Positions 26,616-40,735 of a stretch of 64,000 nt of DNA are shown here, piece by piece. The notes beneath the pieces are model-generated. The model searched no databases and was not told the origin of the DNA. It saw only the letters and a program-made list of their open reading frames with translations. This DNA comes from Paramecium tetraurelia. Its lineage: Eukaryota. The number at the start of each line of letters is the position of its first letter. Position 1 is the stretch's first letter. The translations under genes and the position numbers were made by a program. The stretch is from assembly GCA_000165425.1 (NCBI GenBank), contig CT868330.1, positions 372,001-436,000 on the forward strand, in the 5' to 3' direction.

Positions 26616-29600
26616 ATGTTTGAAGGTCTTATTTAGAAAGTATTGTTAGCCATCTTCGGAAGGTTTATAGATGGACTGGATAAGAAACAAATCAATTTGT
26701 CGTTTTTGAAGGGTAATTTGGTAATCGAGAACGTTTCGATAAAGAAGGAAGCTCTTGAGGCCTTGCAATTACCAATTGAATTAGTGTACAGTTCGATCCA
26801 GAGAATTGAAATAAATCTTCCGTGGAATAAATTGACTACTTAAAGAACAGAAATAAAGATCCATAGTGTCTTCTTGTTGGTCACCACTGTGTCTGAAGAC
26901 ATGTGGGGATTGGAGGAGATCAATTATTATAAACCAAAAGCAGCTCAAGTGAGAGCCTACATAAAGAAAGTGATGGATGAGGAAATAAGGAAGTAGGAAA
27001 CTACGCCAGATAACTAGGAACGTGATCAAAAGGAGGCAGGGTTTTTTCAAAAATAAATAACCAGAATAGTTGATAATCTTTACATTTCAATTTCCGATGT
27101 GCATTTCCGTTATGAACATTGTATTAGCAAACATTCTTTTTCGTGGGGCATCACTATAAACCATTATCACCTAAATAGACAGTGGATCCTGAGTGGAAAA
27201 TTTCATAAACATCTCCCTACATTCATGAACGGCAAGGACTCTACCTTTGTGAACAAACAGATACAATTATCGAAACTGGCAATGTATTGGAACTCCGATG
27301 ATCATTATCTCATTTTGAGTAGCATTATCAAACCATAGCATGACAAAAATATAGATGTTCAAAAAGTCATTGGCAAAATGGACCCATATAAAATTGACTT
27401 GGATCTTCATCAACGTACAGTGTATCAGATTGATGAAAAAATGCAGGCTAGGATATAGTCCAGATTATAGTAGGAATTGGTATACGAGCCAGATAATCTG
27501 ACCATGGGAATTAAAACATCCAAATCCTCAAAATACATATTCTGTCTTAATGCAGTAGCTAATGTTGTACAAACCTATCAGAATTTTAGGAAAGTCCCAG
27601 AATACAAGATTAAAGTGGAATTACAGGAAATGGATTTCAAAATCAAGCATACCCAATATAAAGAGATCTTAAAACTTGTCTCCATATTCAATCTTTACTA
27701 ATACAGTGCCAAATAGCAGATGGACTAGTATCTCACTACTGTTCTGCGACCTTAGCCATAAGATTTCCTGAAGATGGAAACTAACTCTCTCTACCTCAGA
27801 TCCTTATTTTAATATCTTGTTAAAGCATAGATCATGGAAATAAGAAGGAAAAGATTTCTTGAGTTCGAGATGAATGCCCTCTAAAGAAAAACTACACCAT
27901 CAGCATTATTGAAATCTTAGCATAGAGAGTTAAGATAGTATCAATAAATTGTGATCAAGACTTCAATAACTACATTATAGATGTGGGCCAAACAAGCTTT
28001 GGAAATATATGAGCGAGCCAAAGAGCACCATCAAATTGAGTAGGCTTTCAAGAAGGAAATAGAAAAAGCATATAAACCATCAGCTTTTATGGATGAGGAA
28101 ACCTATGTTTATTTAGAGTTTAGATTGTCAATTGTTAAAGGCAGTTTAAAATTATTACGAAAACACAAGAATTTAGAAGAGGGATTCACCCTTTTGTGGA
28201 AGAATTTTGATTACTTTTTGCAGAAGAGAAGAAATAATTTTGAAGTGGAGTAAATAATACAAGATATGGAGGTTTAGATGTTTAGCGTTGAAGAGAAGAA
28301 CGATATAATTGTACCTATAGTTAAGAAGATAAAGAGTTATGATATTTAGGAGAAACCTCTCATCTATTTCAAATTGGAGAAGCATCCCCTATCCAGACCC
28401 AATTACTTCACTAGCATTTATTTGGATGTTCAAAAGATCGAATTCATGGTGTTTGTAGCATCATTATAACGAGTAATTGCCTATTTCAGAATGCCTCCCC
28501 AAGATGATAAGCAATAAGAGGGCAAAGTGAAAGAGAACATAAGCAAGAATAAGAAGGAGCAGAAGAACAAGAATGATGACCCAGATTCTGATAAGAAAAT
28601 AGAAACTCAAACCAAAAACTATATCAGTATCACTATTTAATCTCCAATTGTTATTATTCCAAATCAATAGATCAATGATTTACATTCAGATTGTTGGGTA
28701 TTGAAATTGGGAGACCTGGAAATAATTACTGTCGATGATAGACAAGTACCTGGTTTCATTAAATTAGGATCTGATCATTACAGAAGATTGGGCGTGAGTG
28801 GAGAAAGCATGGGGAAATCACGAATAGTGGAATAATAATAGCCTTTATTGACTGTTCACAATGAAAAGAATTAGCTTGTTAGTTAGTTTAATTTTACTCA
28901 GGTTAATTCGATTAATCCATTGGAAAAATCATCGTCACTCCAACATTTATAATAGCCATAATAGCATTCTCTCTAATAGCAACATTAAAGAAAGCATCAT
29001 AAATCTTAGAATTACGATAATTATGTTATGAAATTAAAATCAGTGTAATTGCAATATTTTTCATCCATTCACTACTTTTACAATTACTAGAAATTGAGTT
29101 AAACTTCAAGGGGAATGGAGATCTTGAATAATCCATTGAGGATGAGATCCAAAAAGTATGATGTCTTGGAGGATTTCTCTATGGAATTGAATCTTTATTT
29201 CAAAAAGAGCAGTCAAGCCAATCTCCCTTAAACAAAGATCAATTTTGAATTGCCCTCTTTGACTGCTTCAATCAATCCTGAAGTGCCTTACACATTTTAA
29301 AAGTTGATGCAAACAATAAATGATTTAAGTGCTGATCAATCCTTAAGTAGCATATTACAATAGGAGAAATCCAAGTTGATTAAATATAGTTCATGCAAAG
29401 GGATCCTGAGAAAGAGAGGCAAATTCTTAAGATCTTGGTCATCCTACTTTGCAGTATTGTCTGGATGGTACATATACTTGTATCAGAATGAGAGTGATGT
29501 TGACTATAATCAATATGTTGGACTACGAGATGTAGTGGTATCTGAAGCATAATAAGATATAGGAGTGTAGAACTCGTTCAAGATCAAATCTAAGAAGGAG

Positions 29601-32600
29601 ATCATCTACTTCTAGGCCAAATCACCATAGGAGAAGAACAGGTGGTTCAAATTCATTCAATAGAAGATTCATGACATCAAAACCAAAACAAATAATCTCA
29701 AAATTGGATCAGATAATACAGTGCCACAATAAAATGATAAGAGTAAGAGGGAATTTGAATAAACAGCAAAGCAAATGCCAAAAGTGAATGATGAATTGTA
29801 GACCAAATATAGATTCCAAATCAAGAGGTTTTAAATTGAATTGAAGTACAATCAATAATCTGAGATCTTAATAACATTCGATTAAATTAAGTTGCTGAGT
29901 CTCTCAGGAATAAATGATAATTACTAAGAATTTACAATTTCTTCCATTTCAATTGAAGATCATGGACAATCCATTTTGAGATCCATCCATTATTCTCAAC
30001 CAAACACTCCTAACATAATGAAAGTAAGGCCAAGTATAGCTGAAAATAAATTACTAAGAAAGATTAAATAGGTTACAGATTATAAGGAAGAGGAAGCCTA
30101 GCAAATTCATGGAGCTATAAGAGTTCGAATGTGCAACACAGACTCTCATCAACCCAATCAACCTTAATCGTACATAGTAGCTTAGCTTTCCTCTTTGGAA
30201 GCTCATTATCTAGAGTCCTTTCTTGCCAAAATCAACTTATTCTTAGTCCGTCCATCTTTGTAGAAGAGCAAAGAAAGTGCTACTGATTTAAGTGAATTTA
30301 CAGATACTACACAACAAACTACAACCATGAAATACACTCAAATACCAGTTAGTGAAAACCAAGTTCATGTAGACTAGATAGGATTTTGACAAAAGTGAAT
30401 ATTAAGAGTGTGAGATCATTTACATTGCAAAAGTCTTCAGTCTCAGATTCTGAATTGCATGAAGGTCAATATGCTGAAAGCAATGAGAAATTACCTGAGA
30501 GTGTCATAAAGGTTTCCATTCTAACTCAAGATATTAAGTTGATTGTGATTGTTTTAGAGAAAGAGAAAGACAAAGAAAAGCCTAACGAATTTTTATAATT
30601 GCAAGTAAATTAAATAGGTGCAGTGTTGACCATTAGTGATGACGAATACTTTATCGAAGGACATATTTAGAAAATAGAAATTATTGATTTAAAGTCATTG
30701 CAAGGAAATCGGCATATGTTTTTGGGGAAGAAGGAACAAAAAGAGAGGAAAAAAACTAATGAAGAGAAGATCAAGAAAAATATTGGCATTCCAGGATTAA
30801 CTATATTCTCAAATAAGCAATAAATTGAAAAAGAGATGGTGTAATTTAAATATTCTAAATTCAAAATCCCAAGCAATAACAATGATGTTTCAGATGATCT
30901 TTATTTGATAGTCAGAGATTGTTTCATAGATTACTTGCATGCTACAATTATAAAGGTTCTAAGTTTATTAGAGATTGCTTAGAAGAAAAAGCAGGCCAAT
31001 CAGGAAGAAAATGAGTAAGATTTAGAACTTATCAAATAGAAACTCAATTCTCCTTCATTTTTCAAGATTAAAGTCTTACTCGAAAACCCAAAGATACTTA
31101 TTAAACCTGCTGGGAATATTAATCAGTCCTTTGAACTTCAAATTAAGTAAGTAAGTTTTGAGTTGGATGCTAGCTAAGAGAAAAATAAAATTCTTGAGAT
31201 GTCTGTAAGGGCCAATAAGAAATAGATCCAAATAGTTGACAAATTGGATTCGCTGTGGTGGTAAATCATAGTTGTCTCTGCAGACACAATGAGAATCTAG
31301 ATTAGAAGTTCCTCTGAATTGCAATACATATCAAACCCATTTTCTGGAGTGTTACGTATCCAAACACCTATGTTTGTGAGTGAATACGAAACTATATTTC
31401 CTAACATAGTTCTTAATAGGAACCAAGAGATCAGAATCAAAGTAACTGATATTCAACTGAACATCTTAAGGAATCATTATTTATTCTTATTGCAGGTTAT
31501 GCAAACCTAATATGAAATTTAGAGTTTAAAGACTTAGAAGAAGAGAAAGCAGTAATAGTAAGTGAAGAAATAGCAGAATCAAGCTGCATTGATATTCAAA
31601 CTATCAAAAATCACCATCAGACTAATGGATGAATGCAATTAGTTTGCCTCACAAGGTCAATTTCTCAGACCTTTGGTGGATTTAAGTTTATTAGACATTG
31701 TATTTCAATTTAAGACGAATATATCCTTGCAAGTTTAAGATCTAAAAAGCACATACTACCAGTATCCGCTATAAGATGATAACAATTTGACAGTGAGAAT
31801 ATAACATGTGCATCAATAATATATATTTGGAACGGAAAAAATTAGAGGAATTTTTGGATGAGGACATTTTGGAGGAAAAGGTTAAGGAAGTGAAGGAACT
31901 GATCAATGAGATGAAGATGGAATTTTATAATGAGTAACCAGTGAGTAGATTTGATATAGATGACAAATTGAGTGTCAAAGCAATATTAGGTGAGGACTCT
32001 ACAGATGTCAGTATTAATATTGGTGAATAGAAATACTTGATTAATGCGTATTACCTTAAGACAATCGCTTTGTTTTTTGAAATACCTAAATATGAAGATG
32101 AAATGAAAAGTTAATAATCTCCACCTTCACAATAAACTATTCAAGCTTAATACAAGTAAAAATAGCCTCTATTAAATGTGAACATTATTTTACTCAAGAC
32201 TCTAATAATCACTCATAATGAAGCATTAAAAAACTGTTTGGTTTTGCAATTGGATTCGTTTATCAAAGTTGAATGATGAATTAAATAACGAAGCTCATCG
32301 TAACTACCATTTAAAGAATAAAGAAATATATTCAAATCAATAGAATATAAAGAATAGAAAATTGGAGTTGGAGTCTCACAATATCAGTGTTTAATGCCAA
32401 CTTTGCAGCTATCTAAAAGATATCAAAATAGACTAAGAAAAAGATGATATTATATCCAATAAAAATTGAGTTCAATAGAAACCAATTTACTTGTGAGTGT
32501 GATATAAATTACTCTAATTATAAGTTAGATGGCCAGCATGAATAAATATCTAATATCATAACATAGGATTAATTAAGGTTTGATAAAATTAGAATCAATA

Positions 32601-35600
32601 CTTCACACAATGATTATGCTCTGATACTACAAACAGTCTAGTATTAACAAGAATAGGTTAAGTTGTGCGACTAATTTTTCAGTGATGATCAAGAATCTTC
32701 TGTTAATGAAACCATAATTCGTTAGTTGCCTATTAAGCCATCATTAGTGACTGAATTGACGATTCTGAGTAGGAATGATACAAAAAGAAAGAGTTTCTTG
32801 CCTGGAAAATCGCAATTAAGCAGGTTAAAATCAAGTGTGCTCTAAGGGTCTCAATAGAAGGATGAAGTAATGTAGGTGTTTTATGCAGGAGTAGATTAAG
32901 ACATGGAGATGGTTAAAGAGGAGGAGATTTTGTCTGAATAGGAGTACCAATATGAAACAATAAAGCCATAGGTGAAAATAAATAGAATGAAGATAAAGTT
33001 GGATCTTCTGGAGATAGTATTGGTTAATGATATTAACAAATCATTCGCTCCATTATTACTCTTTAGATTTAATGTGAAGAAATTTATGTTTGATCAAAAC
33101 TACATCAGCAAAGCATTGAAATGTTTATTCCAAATTGAATTGATGTATTTCAATCCTGTTGTGAGTAAGATGGAACCCATCATAGAACCCTATCTATCAG
33201 AATTGTTGATTGTACAACAAAATCAATATATGCAAACAATCCATATTAATGGCCTTACACCCATTTTGGATATGAATCTATCCACTGATATGATCCTCAA
33301 TCTATACAAGACGTTGACTCAATGGCAGTAATTAGACTAGGATGATGAAGAGGACACCTTCAGAAGAAATGAATCCAAGAAGATTACGAGATTGGCTAGT
33401 ATGAAGGGTATCTCTTTCAAAGAAAACCAAGATAATGTGACTCTCTTTTCACTTCATAATAAGAGTGGGTATGCTCTGAAGGTTTAGAAGAATGGAAATG
33501 ATGGTTTAATAGAAATATCAAATAATGATTCTAAAAATTATGAGGTACAATCTCATGATGAGGATTATGCTAAGACCTTTGAAAGTGACACAAGACTAAT
33601 GATTAAATTTTTAGATGCTTCAATGGCTCAAAATGCTATTAGTAATGTTCCTATCAATTATGCTGGAGTTAAAAAATTATAATGGAATGACCAAGCATAA
33701 TACTATGTACTCAGTACTTAAATTGAGAACTTGTAGAAAACAATTACCATTTATTCTCCGTACATGTTTGTTAATCAAACAGATTGTGATTTGTCCATCA
33801 AATTATCTTGCATCAAAATTACAAAGAACTTTATCCTCAAACCAGGAGAACAAGCGGCCATGCCTCAAGAATTGTATAAGGACGATAGTTTTATTGTGAT
33901 TCATTTCTCAGATTCCAAATACACCAAATTAACTCAACCAAACGAACCCATATTCATTAAGAGGATATTCCATGACATTACCATTTTAATACATCACTAC
34001 CCATGTTACACCTTAGCCACTCTCAATACTACCTTAGTTTAGAATGTCAAATATATTGAATTTAAACCAGCCTTTATTTTATACAATTTATTACCAGTTC
34101 CTCTTTAGTTTCTGTTTCACTCAAATGAGAATCTGGAAATTCAAAAATTCATCATCAATCATTACAAGAGACCCAACAACGTAATTCAATACGAAAAGCA
34201 ATAATCGGCATTGTCCAGAGGGAATTCATTGTCACATTTGTAGAATGATTAACATGATAACCTAGTGAGATCAGTAACAATTACAGAATTTAATTACACA
34301 GCAACAATTAAAGTAGAATCAGGATTGATAGAAGTAGTTCCTTAAGGGCAATTATAGTTGCATTGGTTGAAGAATGGGGATCATTTGGGAATCAATTTAC
34401 ATGTCAGTGGCTTCGAATTAAGTTAGTAATAAGATATTACATAAGCCACTGAATTTGAATTGAGAGACACTAATAATAGTTAAAGTTGCCACATCAAGGT
34501 AGAAAAGGAACAGGCTAAATAGACCAAATTGATTTATTTTTCAGTCCAAACTTGTATTATTAACACAACAAATCAACGATTAAAATATTACACTTTGAAA
34601 GATGAAAAGCCACTACTATTATCAGGATAAAACAAGGAACCTAAACCAGACAAAGAGAGTTTTGAGAGCAATTATGAAAAGATCTAAATAACTGACACCA
34701 TTAAATATTTGATGATAGGAGTGGAGGATTGCATCTCCAATGAGGTTAATGTTGGTATCTTGGGTTCTTTGGGATTGCAATTGAAGTAAAAACATGGAGG
34801 TATCGTTTCATTAAACGAGTTCGGTATTCACATTTCATTGGCAAACAACGTAATTAGAAAGGGTGTCTATACCAAAGTCATTGAGATTATGCCGAGATTT
34901 GTGGTGTTGAATAATACAGGTGTACAAATCAATATTTGTTAATCGGGATATGAGTCATAACCAAAACGATTAAATCCGAACGAGAGATATCATTTGATTT
35001 GGCCTGATTGCAGATTAGAGAAATCAATCAGAGTCTAGAAGTGCGGTAAATACAATTGGAGTGGAGACTTGTTTATTAATGAAATTAGAAGTACAAACTT
35101 CTTTTCTTCTGGCACTAATGAAAATAGTTAATAATTAAGCAACATTTCCATAGAACAGCAGAAGAGTCGAATATTTGAGAAATCAGGCATCTACAAATAG
35201 TTCAATCTGAAGAAATACGATCCTTAAGAGTTTCTCAATTATAAAGAATCATTGCCATTGCAAACCTCAATGCTTTGCTAATCAAGTTAGGATTTCTTTA
35301 AGGATTGCTTGTTCTTGACTGCTGAAATTACGAAGGTCAAGGCCACCAATTTCATTTTACTGGAACAACAAAATGAGGAGAATCAGCTCTACAAATTGGT
35401 CAACAAGTGTAGGCCATTCAAAATACATTATGGATAAGATAGTTATAACAGCTTTTAAGAGTGGGTGTTGGATTGCGATTAAACAGTGCCTTTTTCTTGG
35501 GAACAACCTAGTCATTCATTCAAGCTTAAAGTCAAATTTGTTTACAATCAGAAAGTTGAACATATTGAAATCATAGATTTCTAATAATAGGAGAGTCTTT

Positions 35601-37579
35601 AGGAGATCAAATTTTCTAATTATTTTGTGTGGATAAAGTCTGAATTCTAAGGATAAACCAGAGTCATTACATTTTAATAAGTCAATGAAACCATGCGCAA
35701 TATGACTACTTCTCATAAACGAGAAATTGAGGATATTCACAAGTTAATTAAATTGTACATCTCTCAATTAGGTATTTCCATAATAACAAAGCGGTAAAAC
35801 ATGCTTCTTGAAGCCAACTACATATATATGAGTGGAATTGAATTAGGAATCATGCAGACTGAAAATGAAACTACTGCTCAATTGAGAGTCAAGTTTTTTC
35901 ATATTGATAATAACACTTCTTTGGATACTACTACTCCCGTCTTGATGACATTGAGAAGGTACTATTAAGTCACACATGATCGAAATTACTACTTTTTAGA
36001 AGCCAGTTGTTCCTTTGAACATTAAGTCAAAGCCATTTTACTGTACAATTCCATCAAAATCTACATTTAGCCATTCCAATTACAATTTGACGAAGAATAT
36101 ATTCAAGTAGTTCTTGAAACCATCAAGTAAGTCAAATAGTGTCTCTAAAACTAATTTGAATTAGAGTATAATGGATCACCTCACTCAATCAAATCTTTAT
36201 GTTTCTAAACTCCTTAACAAAGACATTATTACTTGGAATCTATGTTTTAATAGAACTCATCCAACCCTTGTATTGTATGGAAGTCTCTAGAAATTAAAAG
36301 ATCAAAGAAATAGGTTTACATCAAAGAGTTTGTTCTCTCCAAAATCGATTTACGATTCTCGTTTCATAAAAGATTCAGAACAAATATTTAATATGATGAA
36401 AATGTATTCAATCTATTTTCTACAGCCATTGGAGCTACAGTCTAAAACTTTAATGAAGCTGAAATCATCCTAGATTGTTTCAGATTAAGATCAGTCTATG
36501 ATTCAAAAGATATTGTACTCCAATCTATTTAAGATCATTATAAGAGTGAGATTATCAGAGCTATCTTAAAAATAATTGGATCCATTGAAATCATTGGAAA
36601 TCCAGTTAAGTTTGTGCAATAAATTACAAATGGAGTTGTTGACTTTGTTGAAATGCCCATACAAGGTTTACGACATGGTCCACTTGAATTTGGTGTTGGA
36701 TTATGCAAGGGTACAGGATCTCTATTAAAAAATACAGTTGCTGGAGCCTTCTACTCTGTTAACAAAGTCACTGGATCTATCAGTGCAAGTGTTTCATTAC
36801 TTACTATGGATGATGATTATTTGGAAAAACGAAGAATATTCATGTTGAAAAGACCTGATCATGTTTTGGATGGATTATCCTAAGCAGGTCATTGTCTTTA
36901 TAATGGATTTTCTAATGGAATTACTGGTGTTGTCACCCAACCATATCAAGAAACTCAAAAAAATGGATTAAAAGGATTCGTTAAGGGCACCCTGAAGGGA
37001 TTATCTGGTTTGGTTGTTAAGCCTATAGCTGGAGTTCTAGATGCCAGTGCAAAAGCAGCCGAAGGTGTTGTTTCGACTGCCACTCATTTCGATGATAAAC
37101 CAAATGACACCCGAATCAGATATCCAAGGATTTTCTATGAGAAATCTAAATACTTTTAAAAGTATATTGCTTTAGATGCTCAGGTAGTTAATTTCCTGGT
37201 TGGCTTTATGAATGGAAGATATAAGGACATCGAAATCGTTACCTGCTTTCACTTGAAGGAAACTGAAACCTAACTCAACAACATGCAGAGACAAATATTA
37301 TCTGCTACTAAATCGATTCATGAATGTTTTAAGTATACTTCTAAAATACTAATACTATCATATTAATATATTTTAGTACTTGAGAACATGACACTTGTGT
37401 AAGAGATCATAACAAAAGAAATCGTAGAAATATCACAGCCAATTAATGGATTCCTTAGACTCTCAACAGAATTCAAACAAAATATAGAAATCAACATACT
37501 GTTAGATGAAATCGAATTGAAAAAAGCCACATCATTATTAGATTACTTACATTAATAAGTTAAAAGTCAATATGATTGA
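26616..37579 (+). CDS. VPS13: VPS13-family bridge-like lipid transfer protein (about 3,650 aa) with internal PH domain; four frame breaks at 30350-32470
   Basis: Chorein-N: MFEGLIQKVLLAIFGRF...I.LPW. PH domain at about 29400-29670. VAB-like FSWEQP. C-terminal IIGSIEIIGNPV...GLVVKPIAGVLD...RIRYPR. Confidence 0.93.
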
Positions 37580-38081
37580 AATAATTTTATTCTTATCTTT
37601 ATTATTATAATGAATTTATATATAAATCTTATTGAATAGTAATTTGAATATCTTTAATGTAACCAATATAATCAATATATTGATTAAATTTGGATTACTT
37701 TAGTATATAGAAGATTATATAATGCTTTTTAATAATAATGATAGTACTCTAAGCACAATTTTGAGGGTGTTTGGGAATAATTATTATCATCATAATGATA
37801 AGTCTATTCTAATCTAAATAACAAATTTAATTTTAACTACTTTATTTGACTAATTATAATTAAATACTTTAAAAAAATAAAGAAGATTTTGTTATTAAAT
37901 TGAAAAATACAAAGTCAAAATAAAGTTAATACTTTTTATTGATAGTTGTTCCAATTCAATAACCTTTCTGTCATTAATATCAATTTAAGATCTTTATTCT
38001 TTTTGGTAAACTTTATAATGGCAAATAAAAATATAATATATGTTGTATATCATTTATTATTTCTAAATAAAGAAGATTACA

Positions 38082-39236
38082 TCAAGTGACTGTCTAACAT
38101 TTTCTGTGAACTATGGTTGGACCGTTTTCATCGTATTCTCTTCTTGTGATCCACATATTTTCAGAGTAAGATAATGAAGATAAGATTTATCCACCTATCC
38201 ATTCTTAGAATCTTTCTCTATAGGCAACAATTTTGATTTTCTATTTTGATAGAACAAGAAAGTATAATTCTCTCCTTAGTCTTTCTTCGAGTCCTGGGAA
38301 CAGGCTAGTACCTCCTGACAGGACAATATTTTTATAACTAAGATTTAAATTAAAAAATTCATACAGATTGTCTCTGATTTCTTCTTAGCATTTTAAAATT
38401 TATTTGTGAGTTAATTCATCGATACCTCCAACTTCAAAACCAATTAATTTTGGTTTGAAGAGTAGTTCAGGACATCGGAATCTTTGGTCTTCGATTACAA
38501 TTATGTTTCCATCTGGTAATTCATAATGTTTGTTTTTGGCCTTACTTTCCTTGTATATCTTCATTTCCTCTTCATAATCAAGAGCAACATAGCATAATTT
38601 CTCTTTAATATCTCTGGCAATTTCCAATTCAGTAGATGATTCGAATGAAAGACCCAATTCAGTCAAGATCCTAACAAAATATTCAGTGCATGCATTTCCT
38701 CCCAAGCAAATTCTGAGAGCAGCATATGAAAGAACTTTACCCTCATAGATTGGGATTGTGTATGTACAACTTTCTCCACATGACACTACAAAACCTGTGA
38801 TTCTTCCAGAACTATAGAGTGCCAATGCTGCTTCGTTATGAACCTAAAATTTTGGTACTTTGAATGTTTCAAAAAAGACTTGTATCATTTTCTCTCTGTT
38901 GGATTCTTAGAAGAACATTGGTTCAGTCAAAAGAACTGGATGATCTTCTGGATTGACTCTTAATTCATTAATAGCATATTGCCAAATTCTTTCCATATCT
39001 TCCCAATTTTTTATAATACCATTCTCAAATGGGGACTATATATTTAAGAGTCTTCTCAAAGCTAAAGCCTCATCACCAACGTAGACATCTTTGCTGTCCA
39101 TACCAATCATAATTCCTTATTTCTTTGGTTTTCCTACAACTGCAGGGAAGCAGTGGCTTGGAGTTTAATCCCAAGACAAACCGACTCGGCATGATCCTGA
39201 TCCGTTATCTATAACGACTGGTTGGTTTTTCATCAT
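38082..39236 (-). CDS. Divergent actin isoform (375 aa)
   Basis: [54 protein letters not shown] and GPTIVHRKC. One 27-nt intron. Confidence 0.92.
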
Positions 39237-40064
39237 TCATATACATGAATTATGTAGAAAAGTAAAAAGATACTATAAATAATAAAATGGCTTAATTCTA
39301 TTAAATATAGCATTATATTAAAAATTTTGTATTAGTAATATTTTAGGATAAAAAGGTAACTTCGCTAGTATCGGAGTTTTTAAAACCTTTGATAACCAGT
39401 AGTCTCAAGACTATAGAACTGTATGGATAAATTCGAACCTACCCAAACTGAGATTGTGGGCAAGAGATTCAGTAAGCAACCACGATTTCTTATAAGAAAT
39501 TGTGAATGAATTAAAGAACATAGTAGATCATTAGGAATATACGTATCATAATATTTGTGGAAATTGATTATTGGAAATTTATTGACATACTCTTACTTCT
39601 CTTCTATTCCATTATGATATCCTCATCATGATTAAACATCAACCTTTGTAATACAAATTTAATGGTTGGACTACTCTAAACATTAATTATATTCAGGTAC
39701 AGTTATAGTTTATTTGTGTAAGTGTGGGTTGATTTAAATTAATGTGTCTGACAGACATAAGATGTAGAGATAAGCGATATAATTTTATAAAATAATTTAT
39801 TAGACAATTTCATTTAACAACGTTATAACCCAATAATAGATTGATATTGAAAACTTTTTTAAATTGTTCCTCTTTAAACAATGTTTATCAAGAATTTTTG
39901 ACATTTTAATAAGACTAGTTATTTAACTTTCTCAACTACTAATTAAATATTTTATTGTTTTAATAAAATTATATGAAATATTTATAATAAATAATTTGAT
40001 TTTGATAACAATTGTTAACAAGAATACATTTCTTATAATATATTAACAAAAATATGAAATTATG

Positions 40065-40711
40065 TCAAATAAGTTTCTTTTACTTAAAAAAATTCTTCAA
40101 TTAACGAGCTTAAACAAAATTTGTTAATGACATCAAAATCAAAGTGACTATACTAAAAATAATGATTTTGTATGAAATTTTGCTAACATTTGAAAATCTT
40201 GTAGCTTATCTTTCTTCTATTTCTTTTTATTCATGCTAGAATAATTATCAATAAAACGTATACTTCGACTGAATTTATTAATCCATTCAACTTCTTAAGA
40301 TGTATTTCAATAGGTTTCAAGTCCTCCTTTTAAGCCACTAAAGAAAAGTCTTAAGCATCCATTCCTGTAGCTAAACTGAAGTTGAAATTGATTCCAGCAT
40401 TTGCTAAGTTGTGTACACAAAACTAATAATTTTCTTAAGTGTTATTAGTTGTAAATGAAAACTTATTCAGTTCTAAACTATGAGAGTACTGTAAAATGCT
40501 ATCAGCCTTTTTTTATGGGATCTTGAATATTTTGATTTAATCTTACATGTATTTTTAATGAATATTCACTTGAATTTGCCTGAACTGAGCCAACAACCAG
40601 ACTATTTTACCCAATGATTTCTCCAAAGCACTTCAACTCTTTTGACCTTAATGGGAATGTAAACTGTATGCTCAAAGCTCCATAAAATAGAATTGCAAAT
40701 ATAGTAAACAT
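40065..40711 (-). CDS. TMED10: p24/emp24/gp25L cargo receptor, delta subfamily (TMED10/Erv25-like)
   Basis: Signal peptide, GOLD-like KCFGE...FSFTT...YQFCV, EDLKPIEIHLKKL, a TM segment and tail LKNFFKQKKLI*. Two introns. Confidence 0.88.
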
Positions 40712-40735
40712 TACGTGTTAAAAAATAAATAATAA

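Noticed and set aside
30343..30380. Retained TA-bounded IES explaining the first VPS13 break
   Set aside because: TA..TA segments of suitable length exist (29 or 32 nt), but their ends match the TAYAGYNR consensus poorly and the sequence reads as coding.
30381..30389. GGATTTT as a -1 slippery heptamer in VPS13
   Set aside because: The phase is wrong (codons are GGA TTT TGA, not G GAT TTT) and no downstream structure is evident.
39240..40060. Gene or mobile element upstream of actin
   Set aside because: Only short broken frames are present, with no terminal repeats or transposase/RT motifs.
7976..40711. Functional cluster of ER and contact-site genes (EMC8, VAP-like, VPS13, p24)
   Set aside because: They are interspersed with unrelated genes on both strands over 33 kb, which is compatible with chance.
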